Assembly: GCA_951406725.2 (NCBI GenBank)
Contig: OX597826.1
Location: 21,018,001-21,082,000 of the forward strand
Source: Octopus vulgaris
Taxonomy: Eukaryota
Reading direction: 5' to 3'
DNA: 64,000 bases
The notes beneath the pieces are model-generated. The model was not told where the DNA came from. It worked only from the letters and a program-made list of their open reading frames with translations, and made no database searches. Position 1 is the stretch's first letter; each line of letters starts with the position of its first letter. The translations under genes were made by a program, and so were the position numbers. This document shows, piece after piece, positions 13,851 through 27,989 of the stretch.

Positions 13851-15153
13851 CTCCAGCATGGCCGCAGTCAAAATGACTGAAACAAGTAAAAGAATATAGC
13901 GCCAGTTTGGGGGTCCTTTGATAATTCATTCAAACAAGGAATCCAGTCCAGCTTATTCGGGTTTGTGCACCATCAATCCAATACTCAAGATGTCGGCTCC
14001 TCTCATGACCTCTGTGTTTGGATTCCTCAAGGACCAGCCAAAATTCAGAATGCATCTCAGACGTCTCTAATGGGACGTTTAGGGACCTTTATGATGCCTG
14101 TAAATGTCCCATAGGCACACACACACACACACACACATACAGATAGATAGATACATACATACATACATACATACATACATACATGCATGCATGCATGCAT
14201 ACATACATACATACATACATACATACATACATACATACATACATACATACATAAATAGATAGATAGACTGATTGATTGATAGAAGGAAATAGTTTTGTGG
14301 CTTATATTTACGATTTGTTTGTTGTCGCCGTTACTGTTATTGTTGCCGTTTTCTTTCTTTTTGTTGTTGTTTTGCCATTGGTTCTGCGTTTTCAATGCCT
14401 CCATAGTATATATGGGAAAAGCCGGAAGTTACTTTCAGATCCGAGAACTGACTTTGAATTCTTCAGAGTAACTTGCATTTGAGCCAAGAAGTCTGAACAC
14501 GAAAATCCAAAATAGACACCACAAGGTACCTAATCTCACATTCTATCAACCCCGCCAAATAACTACCCCGAGTTTTTATCGACTTCTAAAGGACGAAAAG
14601 CAAAATTGACTTCAGCTGGATTTGAACTCAAAGAGAGCAAAGTGTCGGAATAGATATGGCAATGAATTTTTGTCGTAAGCTCTAACCACTCCCCTAATTT
14701 GTTGTTTTTTCTACGTTGCTGCTGTAAAAGAACGCAGATATTTTTCTATGAAGTTGCTACACTCTATAGTTACAGAAAACAGGAAACAAAATTTGTATTG
14801 ATACGGCCACCATGATAAAATGGCGACGAAGCGAGAAGCGGAATTACATAAATTACAATCGTAATTGTGACTAATCACAACTAATAAAACAAATAATGAT
14901 AATAATAATGGCGACGACGATAAAATATTAGAGCAATTAGGAATTCGAAAAAAAATATCAATAGGCCTACAACGAAATAAAAATAAAACACATTTCGTTT
15001 ATTTAAACGATTTTAAAACGAGAAATTATCTCGGAAAAAGCCAATAACAAATAAATAATGAAATAATAATGATAATAATAAAGGTAAATGATATGATGAT
15101 TTCTTTTATTGCCAGAAGGGCGATGATTAGAGAGGCGGAAAACAACTACAGCA

Positions 15154-15207
<54 letters not shown>

Positions 15208-15664
15208 GTAATACAAGCATTAGTGAACAAGAAACATTTATTTTTACTTTGCTTTCATTTTTATATTTTTTATTTCATTTTTCTTTTATTTTTATTTCAA
15301 TCAATTATTTCCATCGATTTTTATCGTTCACGTTTTATCATTCAGAACTTATTTGATTTCTTTTCCGTGTATTTTGTTGTTTGTTTATCAATTTTTAAAT
15401 TTTTTTGCTCTGTTTTCTTTAGTTTCTTTATCTGAAAATAAAATCGCTGTTGCTAACGTAAAAATGTATTTTTCAAACAATTACTACTGCTTCTGTTGCT
15501 AATTTTCTTCTGCAGCCCTGCTATTATTCCACTGCAATCCTTTTGCAATTCTACTGCAATTCTACTGCAGTTCTACTGGTGTTCTACGGCAGCAGTATTG
15601 CAGTAGAACGGTAACTTTGAAACATGGTAAACACGCCACGCCAACAACTATACCAGCTCTTTCC

Positions 15665-15754
15665 TCCATTCCTCCTCTTCCTTCTCCTCCTCCTCCTCCT
15701 CCTCCTCCTCCAAACCATTACTACGACTTCTGCTACAACTACTACCACACCTAT

Positions 15755-15797
<43 letters not shown>

Positions 15798-15900
15798 TCT
15801 TCCCTTATCATCATCATAATCATCGTTATCGTCATCGTCGTCGACGACGTTGTTGTTGTTGTTGGTGGTGGGTTAGGGTGTTGGTGGTGGTGGTGGTGGT
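15665..15900. repeat. Compound trinucleotide low-complexity tract
   Basis: (CCT)(CTA)(CAT)(CGT)(GTT)(GGT) runs; similar tracts at 44510-44660 and 53740-54200. Confidence 0.9.
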
Positions 15901-16132
15901 AGGACGCCGACATGTTAGAGAAGGGAGGTAATGTAGAAATGTTAATGCCTAATGGTACAGTTAATTATTGACAATTTAAAAGCAATTATTAGTTGCCACG
16001 TGCTGATAAGCATCACTGTAGCGATAATGATATGGCAGCAATGATGAGGGGGTGGCGGGGAGAGGGGGGTCAGGGGCTTTTTATGTTGATGCTTATTGAA
16101 AACAGACGAATGTGTGTGTGTGTGTGTGTCTG

Positions 16133-16195
<63 letters not shown>

Positions 16196-16306
16196 GTATG
16201 TATGCATGTGTTATATATATATATATATATATATATCAATAGATGTATTTATGTGTGTCTGTACAAATATATATATATATTGGATATATATATATACACA
16301 CACACA

Positions 16307-16381
<75 letters not shown>

Positions 16382-16460
16382 ATATATATGGATATATCAA
16401 TAGATGCATTTATAGGTGTGTGTATACATATATATGTTATGAATAGTGATAACAGTATAT

Positions 16461-16541
<81 letters not shown>

Positions 16542-16644
16542 GTGTGTATAGTATATATTTACTTATGTATGCGTATTTATCTATATCTATATACATCTGT
16601 TTATGTATACGTATGTCCGTCTAACACTGAAAGATGCATAACAT

Positions 16645-17000
16645 AGAGATTAGGGTGTAGGACTCACGTTCGTTACATTGTGAGTTCAAGTCTCGGACGT
16701 GCGGAGTGTAAGCCCTTGAGCAAGGGCCATCATTTTACTTTGCTCCAGTTGTATCTATGAGTGAATCCTGCGACTGACTTGCGTCTCGTTCAGTAAGGCA
16801 TGTGTGGGGGCTTGTAGTCTCGTCTTTTCCCTTTGAAAATCCTCAGTTTTTTTAAGGTATGCTGCGCTGTGATTAAGGCGTTAGACTCAGCATGGTGAGA
16901 GGTTGGGGTTTCGCTGACGGAGAGGTGCGTTGTGTTCTCGACCAAGACACTTCGTTTCACGTTGCTCAAGCCTCCTCACCAGAAAATGAGTATCAAAGGG
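16645..17000 (+). mobile_element. Two decayed tRNA-SINE heads (family E)
   Basis: ttagggtgtaggactcacg..gagttcaagtct..cttgagcaagg..cctgcgactgacttgcgtc matches 33965-34130. Confidence 0.55.
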
Positions 17001-17046
17001 CAATATTATACTCTCAGCCGCATATATATCAATATGTGTGTGTATT

Positions 17047-17131
<85 letters not shown>

Positions 17132-17139
17132 GAGCTTGT

Positions 17140-17368
17140 CTATGAAGTTCTACTAACTCACGAGCCTCTGCTCCATCGTAGCTACCCATAGCCATATGAA
17201 AAACTTATCCGGTATCGCTTAACCCAAATGCAATTGTTATAGAAAGGCAACGACTTTCGAGCAGTTGTTATTTTATCGGTCTCATTAATGAATACCAAAC
17301 TAGGAATGAAACACCAAAGTTTTAGAAGCAAAAGTTTGGCGGTGATGGGTGGAGTGAATGAGGTGAGA

Positions 17369-17400
<32 letters not shown>

Positions 17401-17724
17401 GGTGGTAGTGGTGGTGGTGGTGGCGGTGGTGGCGGTAGTGGCGGCGGCGACAATAGCGATAAAACTCCATGATGTCAAATTGAGTAAATTTGCATTTATG
17501 TTTTAGCATTTCTGCTATTAACCCCGTCCATTACTGAGGTGCTGTTTCAGTTCCATAAAAGGTAAACTGGTGGTTTTCTAGAATTTTTAAATTTATGGAA
17601 CCCAAAATAAATTTATTAATTTTACGTTGTTCACTCTTTGCAGGATTAATAATTCTACACGTGGGATTAGCTAAAACAACATTCTACATTACCAACTATT
17701 TTAAGTTGGGACACTAATGCGCGC

Positions 17725-17767
<43 letters not shown>

Positions 17768-18110
17768 TGCGTTCGTATTGTTGGGGATGAGTCGGAATTT
17801 GGTAGTTTTTATATTTTTACTTGAAAATAATAAATAGTAAATAGTAGTGATAGTCGTGTTGGTTTTATAGAGATGTTTAGTTTGGTCAGCAGATAGAATT
17901 ATGTGCTTAGAGATGTTAAATGTATTCGGGGGTGGGCATGGACTTGTAAAATTATTTCACATTCTTTTGAAGTTTATACGTTCTTAGGTTATTTTTTTGT
18001 ATTGTTTTCTTTTTTAGTTTCTTGAAAAGTTTTAATTTTTAAATTTTATTTTATATAATTTATTTCTCTTTTTGATAATCAGGAAAAATCAGTTTTAAAA
18101 TTTAGGGAAA
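17140..18110 (-). mobile_element. Penelope-like element RT fragment split by microsatellites
   Basis: Minus-strand peptides in RT order: IILSADQTKHLYK (~17900), NPTCRIINPAKSE (~17660), CKFTQFDIMEFY (~17480), ARKSLPFYNNCIWVK (~17250), MGSYDGAEARELVEL (~17180). The upstream limit is uncertain. Confidence 0.85.
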
Positions 18111-18269
18111 TATTATTCCGGTTTTGGAAGTAGAGTCGCTGATTCGTGGGTTCGAACTCCAGTGACTCCCTTTAATTGTTATTGGAATTGTCTTTGGTCA
18201 AAGAAAATTTTGTTGCGGAATAAAAAGAACCAAAATTTTCACATTTTAATACAAGACTTCCGTTTATAA

Positions 18270-18872
18270 GGAGAACCCCAGTAGATGTCTGGTACTTTAC
18301 ATTATCGACCCAGGAAAGATGAAATGAAAAGACACCTTTGGTGGGATCTGAATTCAGCCCTAAAATTCTCGTCACTAAATACTGAAAGTCAATTTTCCCG
18401 ATGCTCTACCGATTCTGCCAAATTCCCTGTTTTGTGATTTTGGTTTCAAGTTTTGGCCCAAGGCCAGCAATTTCGGGGTCTAGTCGATTACGTCGACTCC
18501 AGTGCTTAACTGGTACTTATTTTATCGATCCCGAAAGGATGAAAAGCAAAGTCAAGCTCGGTGGAATTTGAATTCAGAACGTAAAGACGGGACGAAATAC
18601 CGCTATCATTTTGTCCGGCACCGTAACGATTCTGCCAGCTCACTGCCTTACTATTACCTAATATTCTTTTCTACTCTAGGCAAAAGGCCCGAAATTTTTG
18701 GGGGAGGAGGCCAGCCGATTAGATCGACCCCAGTACGTAACTGGTACATAATTTATTGACTCCGAAAGGATGAAAAGCAAAGTCGACCTCGGCAGAATTT
18801 GAACTCAGAATGTAAAGACAGACGAAATACCGCTAAGCATTTCGCCCGGCGTGCTAACGTTTCTGCCAGTTG
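18270..18872 (-). mobile_element. Three head-to-tail SINE family B copies
   Basis: Core tcgaccc.gaaaggatgaaa.gcaaagtc..ctcgg..gaatttgaa.tcag at ~18300, ~18530 and ~18760. Confidence 0.85.
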
Positions 18873-19896
18873 GCAGATGAAGAGAATATGAAGAGAATAA
18901 AAGAGTTGCAGACACAGAAAATGGTGGGGAGAATGTCTTCTTTCTTTTTTTTTTTTTTTGTGCATCTCAGAGAGAAAAGAAAGGAGAAAAGGGTCGAAGG
19001 TAAAAATGGAGCAGAGAGGATGGTGAGACAGAGAATAAGATAGAAAGGAGAGAGAGTAAGGAAAGATGAAAGAAAGAGAGAGAGAGAGAGAGGTAAAAGA
19101 GAGAAAGTGGAGAAAGAGAGGGAAGGAGAGAGAGAAAGGAGACAGAAAGAAGGGAAAGAAAAAGGAGGGAGAGCGAAAAAAAGGAGGGAGAGAGAGAATA
19201 AGTCAGATAGACAGACAGATGGGAGAGGGAGTAAGGGAGAGACAGACAGACTAAGAGCGAGGGAGAAAGAGAGAGACTGGGAAAGCCTTTTTTGAGGTTA
19301 AATTCTCTGCCAGCGGTCGTCGTTTCATCATTGTCATTTCGTCTATAAATGTGTCTGCGACCGGAAACATTCGCAGCTTTGGTCGTGGATGGATTATCTG
19401 CAATATCAAGAAAAGAAAAAGAGGAAAAGAAAAAACCCTGATATCTCTTTATTGCTGATTCTTAATAACAAAATCATATACACATATCTACAAACATATA
19501 TATATATATATACACACACAAATCTCTGTGTTTGTGTATATTCATATGTGTGTGTGACAGAGTACGTACGTACGTATAAATGTATGTAAGCATGTAATGT
19601 AAGTATGTATGTATACAGGTTTTACATTTGGTCAATCACTGAGCTGTAACGTAAGACTTATTTCCATGTTGCATTGGAAATTAATGGGAAATTTGGAAAT
19701 ATGGTTCACGTTACGCAATTGTACGATGCAAGATTTCTTTTTGGTGGGGCGGGGACACAACGCTTCTGTTTCGCAAGGGATATATACATACATACATACT
19801 TGGAAATGGATGCGTGGCGATAGATCGCTAGCCACTAAAACTTTTCTATTTTCTCTCCCTGTTTATTTCTGTGTTCCTTTCTGTTGAAGGGAAATA

Positions 19897-19975
<79 letters not shown>

Positions 19976-20455
19976 GCTGAGCAGCAAGCTTCTTAACACA
20001 CATATAATATATACATAATATATAATATCAACATGCATGATGTACGTACGTCATACGATATACAAACATGGTGCTGTATAATACTGTAAATACTGGTTTT
20101 CTGTAAAAATTCAATTTATTCGAAAAAGAAAAATCTCAGAATAATCTTTAAAAGTTATTTTGCTTTCGTTTGTTTTCTGCGATAAAATGGTGCCGAATCG
20201 GAAGAATTGGTGCAGCTAAAGCGCTGGAATATAACATCTTGGGGTATTTTCTTTGCATCTTTAATTTGTGCGTGTGTGTGTGTGTGTGCGCGCGCGCGCG
20301 TGAGTGTGTGTGTTATTCGTTCGTGTGTGTGTATGTGTGTGCATGTATATGTGTGTGTACATACATATATATGTATATACATATATGTAAATATAAATAG
20401 ATAGATAGATACATGCAAATAGATAAATTTAGAAAACGGGTCGAACCTCCTTTAT

Positions 20456-20569
20456 TTCAAATCACAATTGTTTCCACACATTTCTACACTTGTGGTACCT
20501 TGATGAAGTGATATGAACATAATGTGTGATCACTGTGTACAATGTGTTTCTTCAGGTGATTATTTTGAA
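20456..20569 (-). ncRNA. Type I hammerhead ribozyme-like motif with long stem II
   Basis: Minus strand: AATCAC-CTGAAGA-A-ACACATT...AATGTGT-G-GAAA-CAATT-GTGATT. Confidence 0.55.
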
Positions 20570-20619
20570 TAAGTCCTTCGTTAGATTATACAGTCATTTC
20601 ACTCTGTCTGAGAATGAAT

Positions 20620-20790
20620 GCCCATGTACTGGTCTTAGCGGTTTGGCAAAAGACACCGATAGAATAAGTACCAGTCTTAAAACAGATTAGTCCTGGGGTC
20701 GATTCATTCGTCTGTAAATTCTTCGAGGCGGTGCCCCAGCATGGCTGCAGTCTAGTGACTGAGACTGCTAAAAGGGGGATAAAAAGGATA
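20620..20790 (+). mobile_element. SINE family A 3' half
   Basis: ggcaaaagacaccgatagaataagtacc..ccagcatggctgcagtc..tgactga; also at 36262-36447 and 13850-13893. Confidence 0.8.
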
Positions 20791-21186
20791 TTTGTAATAG
20801 CAGACATTCCAGGAATTGTAAATTAACAAATCTCAACTGATTCCGAGATATTTCTTTCTAACATTTACAGGACAACGTATCAACTTCATCTCCGAAACTA
20901 TTCACCATCTTCTGATATCTTTCATTAAAAAGGCATTTGATGTTGGCTTCGGGGACATTCTTCAAACAAAATAGGAACTAATAATGAAAATTAAGAAGGT
21001 TCTGCTGGTATTTATGGGAGCGGGGCTTTAGATTCTGGTGATAAAGAAGGGGTAAAACTATAAATTGGTTCAGGTTTTTGGAAGAAAATGCTTGTGACAT
21101 GTTTTATAAAGCAGCCAAGAATGAGGCCACGACGTGAGCGATTGACAAAGAAGAGCCTGAGTTTTCGATAATTTTATTTAAAATGG

Positions 21187-21378
21187 TAAGGCGGTGGGCT
21201 GGCAGAATCGTTAGCACCCCGGACAAAATGCTTAGACGCATCTTGTCCGTCCTTACGTTCAAAGTTCAAACTTCGCCGAGATCGACTTTGCCTTTCATCC
21301 TTTCGAGATCGATAAAATAAATACCGGTTGAACACTGAAGTCGACGTAATCGACTCACCCCCTCCCCCGAAATTTGAA
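21187..21378 (+). mobile_element. SINE family B
   Basis: ggcggtgggctggcagaatcgttagcac..gttcaaac..gactttgcctttcatcctttcg. Confidence 0.85.
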
Positions 21379-22354
21379 ATCAATAATTGCATTGACAGTG
21401 ACTTCAAAGCGAATTGTGGAGCTGGACAATGTCAGAAGACCACGGGGCAAGATTATTAATGTGTGTGTGGGGGGGTCTATGGATACATACATGAGCGTGT
21501 GTGCGCGTGCGGCTGTGTGTGTGTGTGCTCCTCGTATTTCATCGAGGTGGCACAACTTGAACGGACGTGGTGTATACCATTGTCAAGTTAAATAGCGATG
21601 TTAGCAAAGTGAAATACTTAAGTCAGGATCGATCTCGTCACCAGCTTCATTGATTTTTTTTTCTCTATTGATTTTTGGGTTTTTTTGTCCAAGTAAAATC
21701 TTAAAACTTTGCAAATTCAAAATAAAATTGAAACCAAAATTTTTAAGAACTCTCAGAGATTAACTTCCTTAATTGACAAGTATTTCTTCATATTTTCTTG
21801 GATAAACATTAATTAGTCATCTATAATTATAGGTAAAGTATTCGATAAATAGAAGTTAAATATTCTTTAAATACTAATTCAAGGAACTCTCTAAAGTTTC
21901 TTTGCATTAAATATTTCATTTTCCTGTAAGTGTGTGTGTGCGTATGTGTGTGTGTGTATAAATGTGTATGTATGTATGTATGTATGTATATATTATGTAT
22001 GTATATGTATGTATGTATGTATGTATGTATACACATACATATAAGGCCGTATTTTGCTCGACTGTTCGTCCTTGTTCACCGTCCTAAATTACAATCTGTG
22101 TCGTTTTGCTTTGTTTTGTTCTGTTTGCTCTCGGCCTAAATTCTCTGCAAGAATTTTTTTTTCTGCGGGCACCGCAAATTGCGAAGTCTTCGGTCTTATC
22201 ATTAATGGTGCGAAACCGAGTATTACCAATTGGCTGATAACTGATGAAGTATTTGGGACCTTCCGTGTTTATCCCCCGTACGGTTTTACACTCACTATAC
22301 GTTATTTACCATACATTTATATGTGTGTGTATGTATGTATGTATGTATGTATAT

Positions 22355-22729
22355 GTGGAAGCACTCCGTCGGTTACGACGACGAGGGTTCCGGTTGATCC
22401 GAATCAACGGAACAACCTGCTCGTGAAATTAACGTGAGCACTCCACAGACACGTGTACCCTTAACGTAGTTCTCGGGGATATTCAGCGTGACACAGAGAG
22501 TGACAAGGCCGGCCCTTTGAAATACAGGTACAACAGAAACAGGAAGTAAGAGTGAGAGAAAGTTGTGGTGAAAGAGTACAGCAGGGATCACCACCATCTC
22601 TGCCGGAGCCTCGTGGAGCTTTAGGTGTTTTCACTCAATAAACACTCACAACGCCCGGTTTGGGAATCGAAACCGCGATCCTACGACCGCGAGTCCGCTG
22701 CCCTAACCACTGGGCCATTGTGCCTCCAC
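22355..22729 (-). mobile_element. tRNA-derived SINE family C, well preserved
   Basis: Minus head GTGGAGGCACAATGGCCCAGTGGTTAGGGCAGCGGACTC...GGTTTCGATTCCC with A box TGGCCCAGTGG and B box; GC-rich body between microsatellites. Confidence 0.85.
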
Positions 22730-22743
22730 ATGTATATGTATAC

Positions 22744-22823
<80 letters not shown>

Positions 22824-22837
22824 CATACAAACATACA

Positions 22838-23391
<554 letters not shown>

Positions 23392-23407
23392 CGTATATAT
23401 ACGTATG

Positions 23408-23439
<32 letters not shown>

Positions 23440-25099
23440 TGTATGTATGTATGTATGTATATGTATATATAATTCTATAGAAATGCATTCGAGATGCGAA
23501 ATTTTGTTTTTCCGTCGGATGTTGGATCAAATGGTTCGTGAATCTAATAAATTAAGTTTCTCGACTTCTCCAATGTCAAACGTTCTGTTTCGTTTATGAG
23601 TTACAAACAAAATGTTTACATATTAATCATAATCGATCAGAAAACATGGCAATTATTAAATTTATGGTCCTTTGTTTATATTTTTGTTACATTTTTTTTG
23701 CATAAAAATTGTGTTGAAATCTTCCTCATAGGAATACTTAAAAGAATGCTTTTGTGTGTGAAGAGAGCCTGGTTTGGTCCGGTGCCGTGAGAAAGAACAT
23801 AACCAAAACATCTCATCATGGCGTTGTCAAATAAATGTCTATCTCAGCTTTATGGCCGCCAGCTTGATCCCTGAAAAGCAAATTTATAACTTTCATAAAT
23901 ATATTCAATTTCAAACCTGACTAATTCGGGATATATTTTCATTTTTATTTCTTCTTTAGTGTTTCAGATGCACCATTGTTAAAAACTGCTTCTCCAAAAT
24001 CTACCACCTTCAGTAATAAAGAAAGAAGTTTCTTGTTACTGAAGGAGTCATAGAGAGAGCGCGAGATAGTGTGGAAGAGAGAGAGAGAGAGATAATGAGA
24101 GACAGAGACAGGCAGAGAGACAAACGGAGGATGAAAGGCGGGCAGGGAATGCAGAAGAGTGGGGAGAGACATCTAACAGATGAAATAAGGCTTGTCAGAG
24201 AAGGCTGCCATCATAAATTTAAGGCTATGATTTAATGAAACAAACTTATTTTATCTGCAAAGCGGGTTTAATATGAATGATGTACGGGTTTAAAAGGAAT
24301 AAAGGAAATAAATGAAGACGGAACCAAACACAGCAGAAGATCATTAAGAAATGGTCAACGCTGACATTCAAAGGAATTGGTCAAACTGTTCAGTAATATT
24401 AACTCACTAAATTGCAAAAGTACTTTACCATCTTCTGTGTTCTTTTGACAGCAAACTTGTAACATATTTGTCGTCTGTCTTTCAGTTTATATTCACAACA
24501 AAACGCATACACACACACACACACACTCACACACACTCACACACACACATACATACATACATGTATGTATGTATGTATGTATGTATGTATGTATGTATGT
24601 ATGTATGTATGTATGCACGTATGTATGTATGTATGTATGTATGTATGTATGTATGTATGTATGTATGTATGATGAGTACCTAGGGACAGGCCGAAGCCAG
24701 ATGACCCATAATCACGTGAAACCGCAGGTTTTCTATCAGAGAGTCCATCTCCTGAAAGGATGCAGTGACAACAGCTAGGGTCCCCTCCCTCTCGAGAGTT
24801 TTACAGCGTCCCCTGACACAAAACAAAGGTTTTTCTGTGTGCACCCCGCTCCGAGATGGATTGTTGTCACATATACAAGTTAACCCATAGACGGGACTCT
24901 GACAGATGCTACCTCACCCCCCCCCCAGGTTAGGTTAGACCTGGGAACAATAACAGATAAGAGGTGGTTCGGCATTTCTCAAAGACCTGCCATTTCTGAG
25001 AGTGGAACTCGTGATGTACAAACATGTATCACTCTAATACAATGAGGTACAGGCATGCGTTTTTGGTGACCTCAAGTGACATTCCATCCGCTGACAGTT

Positions 25100-25310
25100 C
25101 TTTGACGATGGAAGAGTGGGGATTTGTGCAGACTTAATCAGTTGGAAGCCAACAGTAAGTTACGATTTTGGTTTTATCATCAATGTTCTTTCAAACACTT
25201 ACAGATCTGCAATAAGACTGAACAGTCATTTGAGAGGTCATGGGCGGCAAGTCGAAAATGCCTCTGACAAGGAGGAAGCACAAGAAGACAGCAATCATCT
25301 GTGAACATAA
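25100..25310 (+). mobile_element. Probable RTE LINE 3' end
   Basis: YRSAIRLNSHLRGH resembles the terminal zinc-finger-like segment of RTE ORFs. Confidence 0.4.
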
Positions 25311-25452
25311 AAAAATCATCATGTGTGTATGTGTGTGTGTATGTGTATGCACGTATATATATGTGTGTGAGCTTGATTGTATACATACTTATATATGTAC
25401 GTGTATGTGTGTATGCGTGTGCGTGCAAACATACATAAATATGCTTGTTGAT

Positions 25453-25504
<52 letters not shown>

Positions 25505-26069
25505 GAGGGAGAGAGAGAAAGAGAGAGAAGGAGAGAGGGATGGAGAGAGGAGGGTGTGACAAACAGAATAAATAAAGCCCAATACATGAATATATATATT
25601 TTATATTTAAAAAGTCCATCTCTTCCTACGTTCTTCCAAAAACCAAGAGCGAAGAGGTTTCGGTTGTGTACAATATCGCTGAGGTGGAGGAGACGAGGAG
25701 GAGAAGCGACCTAAGGACTAAATATAAAGTAGACCGAAGCGAGATTCGAACTCAAAACCCGGGAATCCAGGACCAATATCCCAGGGCATTTTTTGTGATT
25801 CTCTTTATTCGCTACCTTACCAAAGTTGAAGAATAGACAGAATAGAAATTCGAAAGTCCGGTTATGAAAAGAAAGGAAGGAATGGATGAACATTACAACA
25901 TCAACGTTAAGAAATAAATAGGAAGAGATATTTATTTAATAGTAGCTGCTGTCATCTCAACTGATTCTTGAGGTTACGGGAATGAGGAGGGTCGCAGAAT
26001 CCATATGTCGTACATAATGGTCTCTTTCGAACCACAACGGAATATTTTTTGCTTTTCTTCCCTTCCAGC

Positions 26070-26600
26070 GTCGAATCTGCATCTCAAAATCTGGTCTTTC
26101 TTTTCAGAACCAGATAATACTCAATGCTCCCAGCGCTCAACAGCAACAACAACAACTATTGACCCTCAAATGAGGCCTTCAATGGAGTTCAACATCCACA
26201 TCTAGGACGACGCTGCTGTTCCACTCACCCCGGCAGACATTTGAGTCTTCGTTCTGAGAAAAATCCTCTCGATTAATCGCTAAGAATTCTCTCATCAACA
26301 TTCCCCAAACCCTGCCCTCATGCTCTCACCTCTCTGCCTTTTGTGCTACGACCATTTCTGCTTCTCGGATTTTGCCGCTCTCGAGTCTTTTCCACCTGGG
26401 AACCCGCGATACCCTCGTCTCATTTCTTCTCATCCGTCACATTATATCAAATCCCCTCTGACACTGTACTAATCCCTACCGCTAATCCTTCTTCGGCCAG
26501 AACAATATTCCTCTGAAATTCCTTCCCTGCACATATCTTTCCTCTTGTCATAAATTTGCAGTTGTTTAATCGAAATATTAACGGCATCAAACTCATTGGT
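26070..26600 (+). mobile_element. CR1/L2-group LINE RT C-terminal fragment
   Basis: QMRPSMEFNIHI* resembles the (Q/L)IRP.LEY...IW motif; later ARTIFL*NSFPAHIFP..INLQLFNRNIN resembles RT..LWNSLP..FP..NLQ.FK..IN. Confidence 0.65.
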
Positions 26601-26825
26601 TTCCGAGGGGAGGAGGGTGTTGTAAAGATCGCGGGGCAGAGACCTAACACGATAAAACCGATACAATAAAGTGCAAATCAAATACCAGATCGATATACTT
26701 CACTCTAACCTTGCCTCGCCCAAAGACTGACGGTTTTGTATCAAGATTAGAAATCATTACAAATCCGATTCACCTATTCTCCAATTGTTCATGCGTTTAT
26801 GCTTGTTTTATACACAAAACTACTG

Positions 26826-26870
<45 letters not shown>

Positions 26871-27137
26871 TATGCCAGCCGCCGACTCAATGTTAGAGTT
26901 TATCGCGATCAACTCGCTAATGATGTAAACATGTAATAGATTCTAACGAGATAACAACACAGCATAAATCTTTTAAATGTGATATTCATTCAGAGACACT
27001 AAATGCTGTTTGCTTTGTCTAGAAAACCATTCGTGAATATATGTGATTGCAATGCAAATGTCAACGATTTCTTTCAATGGAGTCATTTATTATTAATATT
27101 CGGTTGTTGGTTGTTTTAAAAGGTTACGTATGAAAAC

Positions 27138-27191
<54 letters not shown>

Positions 27192-27192
27192 A

Positions 27193-27255
<63 letters not shown>

Positions 27256-27587
27256 ATACATTTAGATCGCTATCATTTGTTCTATTATCTCACTAAACAA
27301 CTGCACTTATGTTTATCGACTTTAATGGAAATGACTTGTATGAAATATCTGCAAATGAATTCAATATGAATTCTGATTTGTTGCAGTTTATTTTTCTTTA
27401 CGATTTGTTCTCCATCTAACGGCAGCTTCGTCTGCGGACGGCAGAGCTTCCAGTAAAGATTTATTGTGATATTTTCTGCAAACTAAAATGACGTTAGTGG
27501 CCTGCTTTGGGTTGAAAATTGGCAGGCAATAAACTTGGAGCGGCAGTGTATGACTGCTATAACTTAACAATTAACATTTGTGAACCT

Positions 27588-27725
27588 CGTACCCATTTAC
27601 AGCTGAGTAAACTCGGGCAAGGTGAACCGAAGTACCTGGTTCAAAGACACACTGCGATACCCTGTCCAGGAATCGAACCCGCTTCCCTACGATTAGATCA
27701 ACGCCCTAACCACTAAGTGAGGCAC
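27588..27725 (-). mobile_element. tRNA-SINE head (family C/E-related)
   Basis: ccaggaatcgaaccc..cgccctaaccactaag is a reversed B box and A box. Confidence 0.65.
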
Positions 27726-27989
27726 ATTCATTAAAAGGAACGACCCAGCATGATGTATATCAATGATTAACTTGTGATGCTGGGTTCAAATCGTGTCGTG
27801 GGTCATGAGTAATTAAAGTGAATCATTACAGTGGATCCTTACCGAATAACATCTGAAAGATAATTAATCTAATTAGGAACAGCGTAACAACTACAATATT
27901 TAACAAGCGGCTACTTCCGCTCGTCAGAGGAACTATGGGATCGTCGTGGAAATAGAACGGTGATCAGCGTCTTATTTACATACGATCAG

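Noticed and set aside
17770-18110. Possible NUMT suggested by G/T skew
   Set aside because: Better explained as the minus-strand Penelope ORF.
18133-18168. 9-bp hairpin enclosing a B-box (GGTTCGAACTCC), like a tRNA or vault RNA
   Set aside because: No cloverleaf, A box or T4 terminator visible.
22640-22729. Functional tRNA gene
   Set aside because: It is a SINE head that continues into a repeat body, with no closed acceptor stem or terminator.
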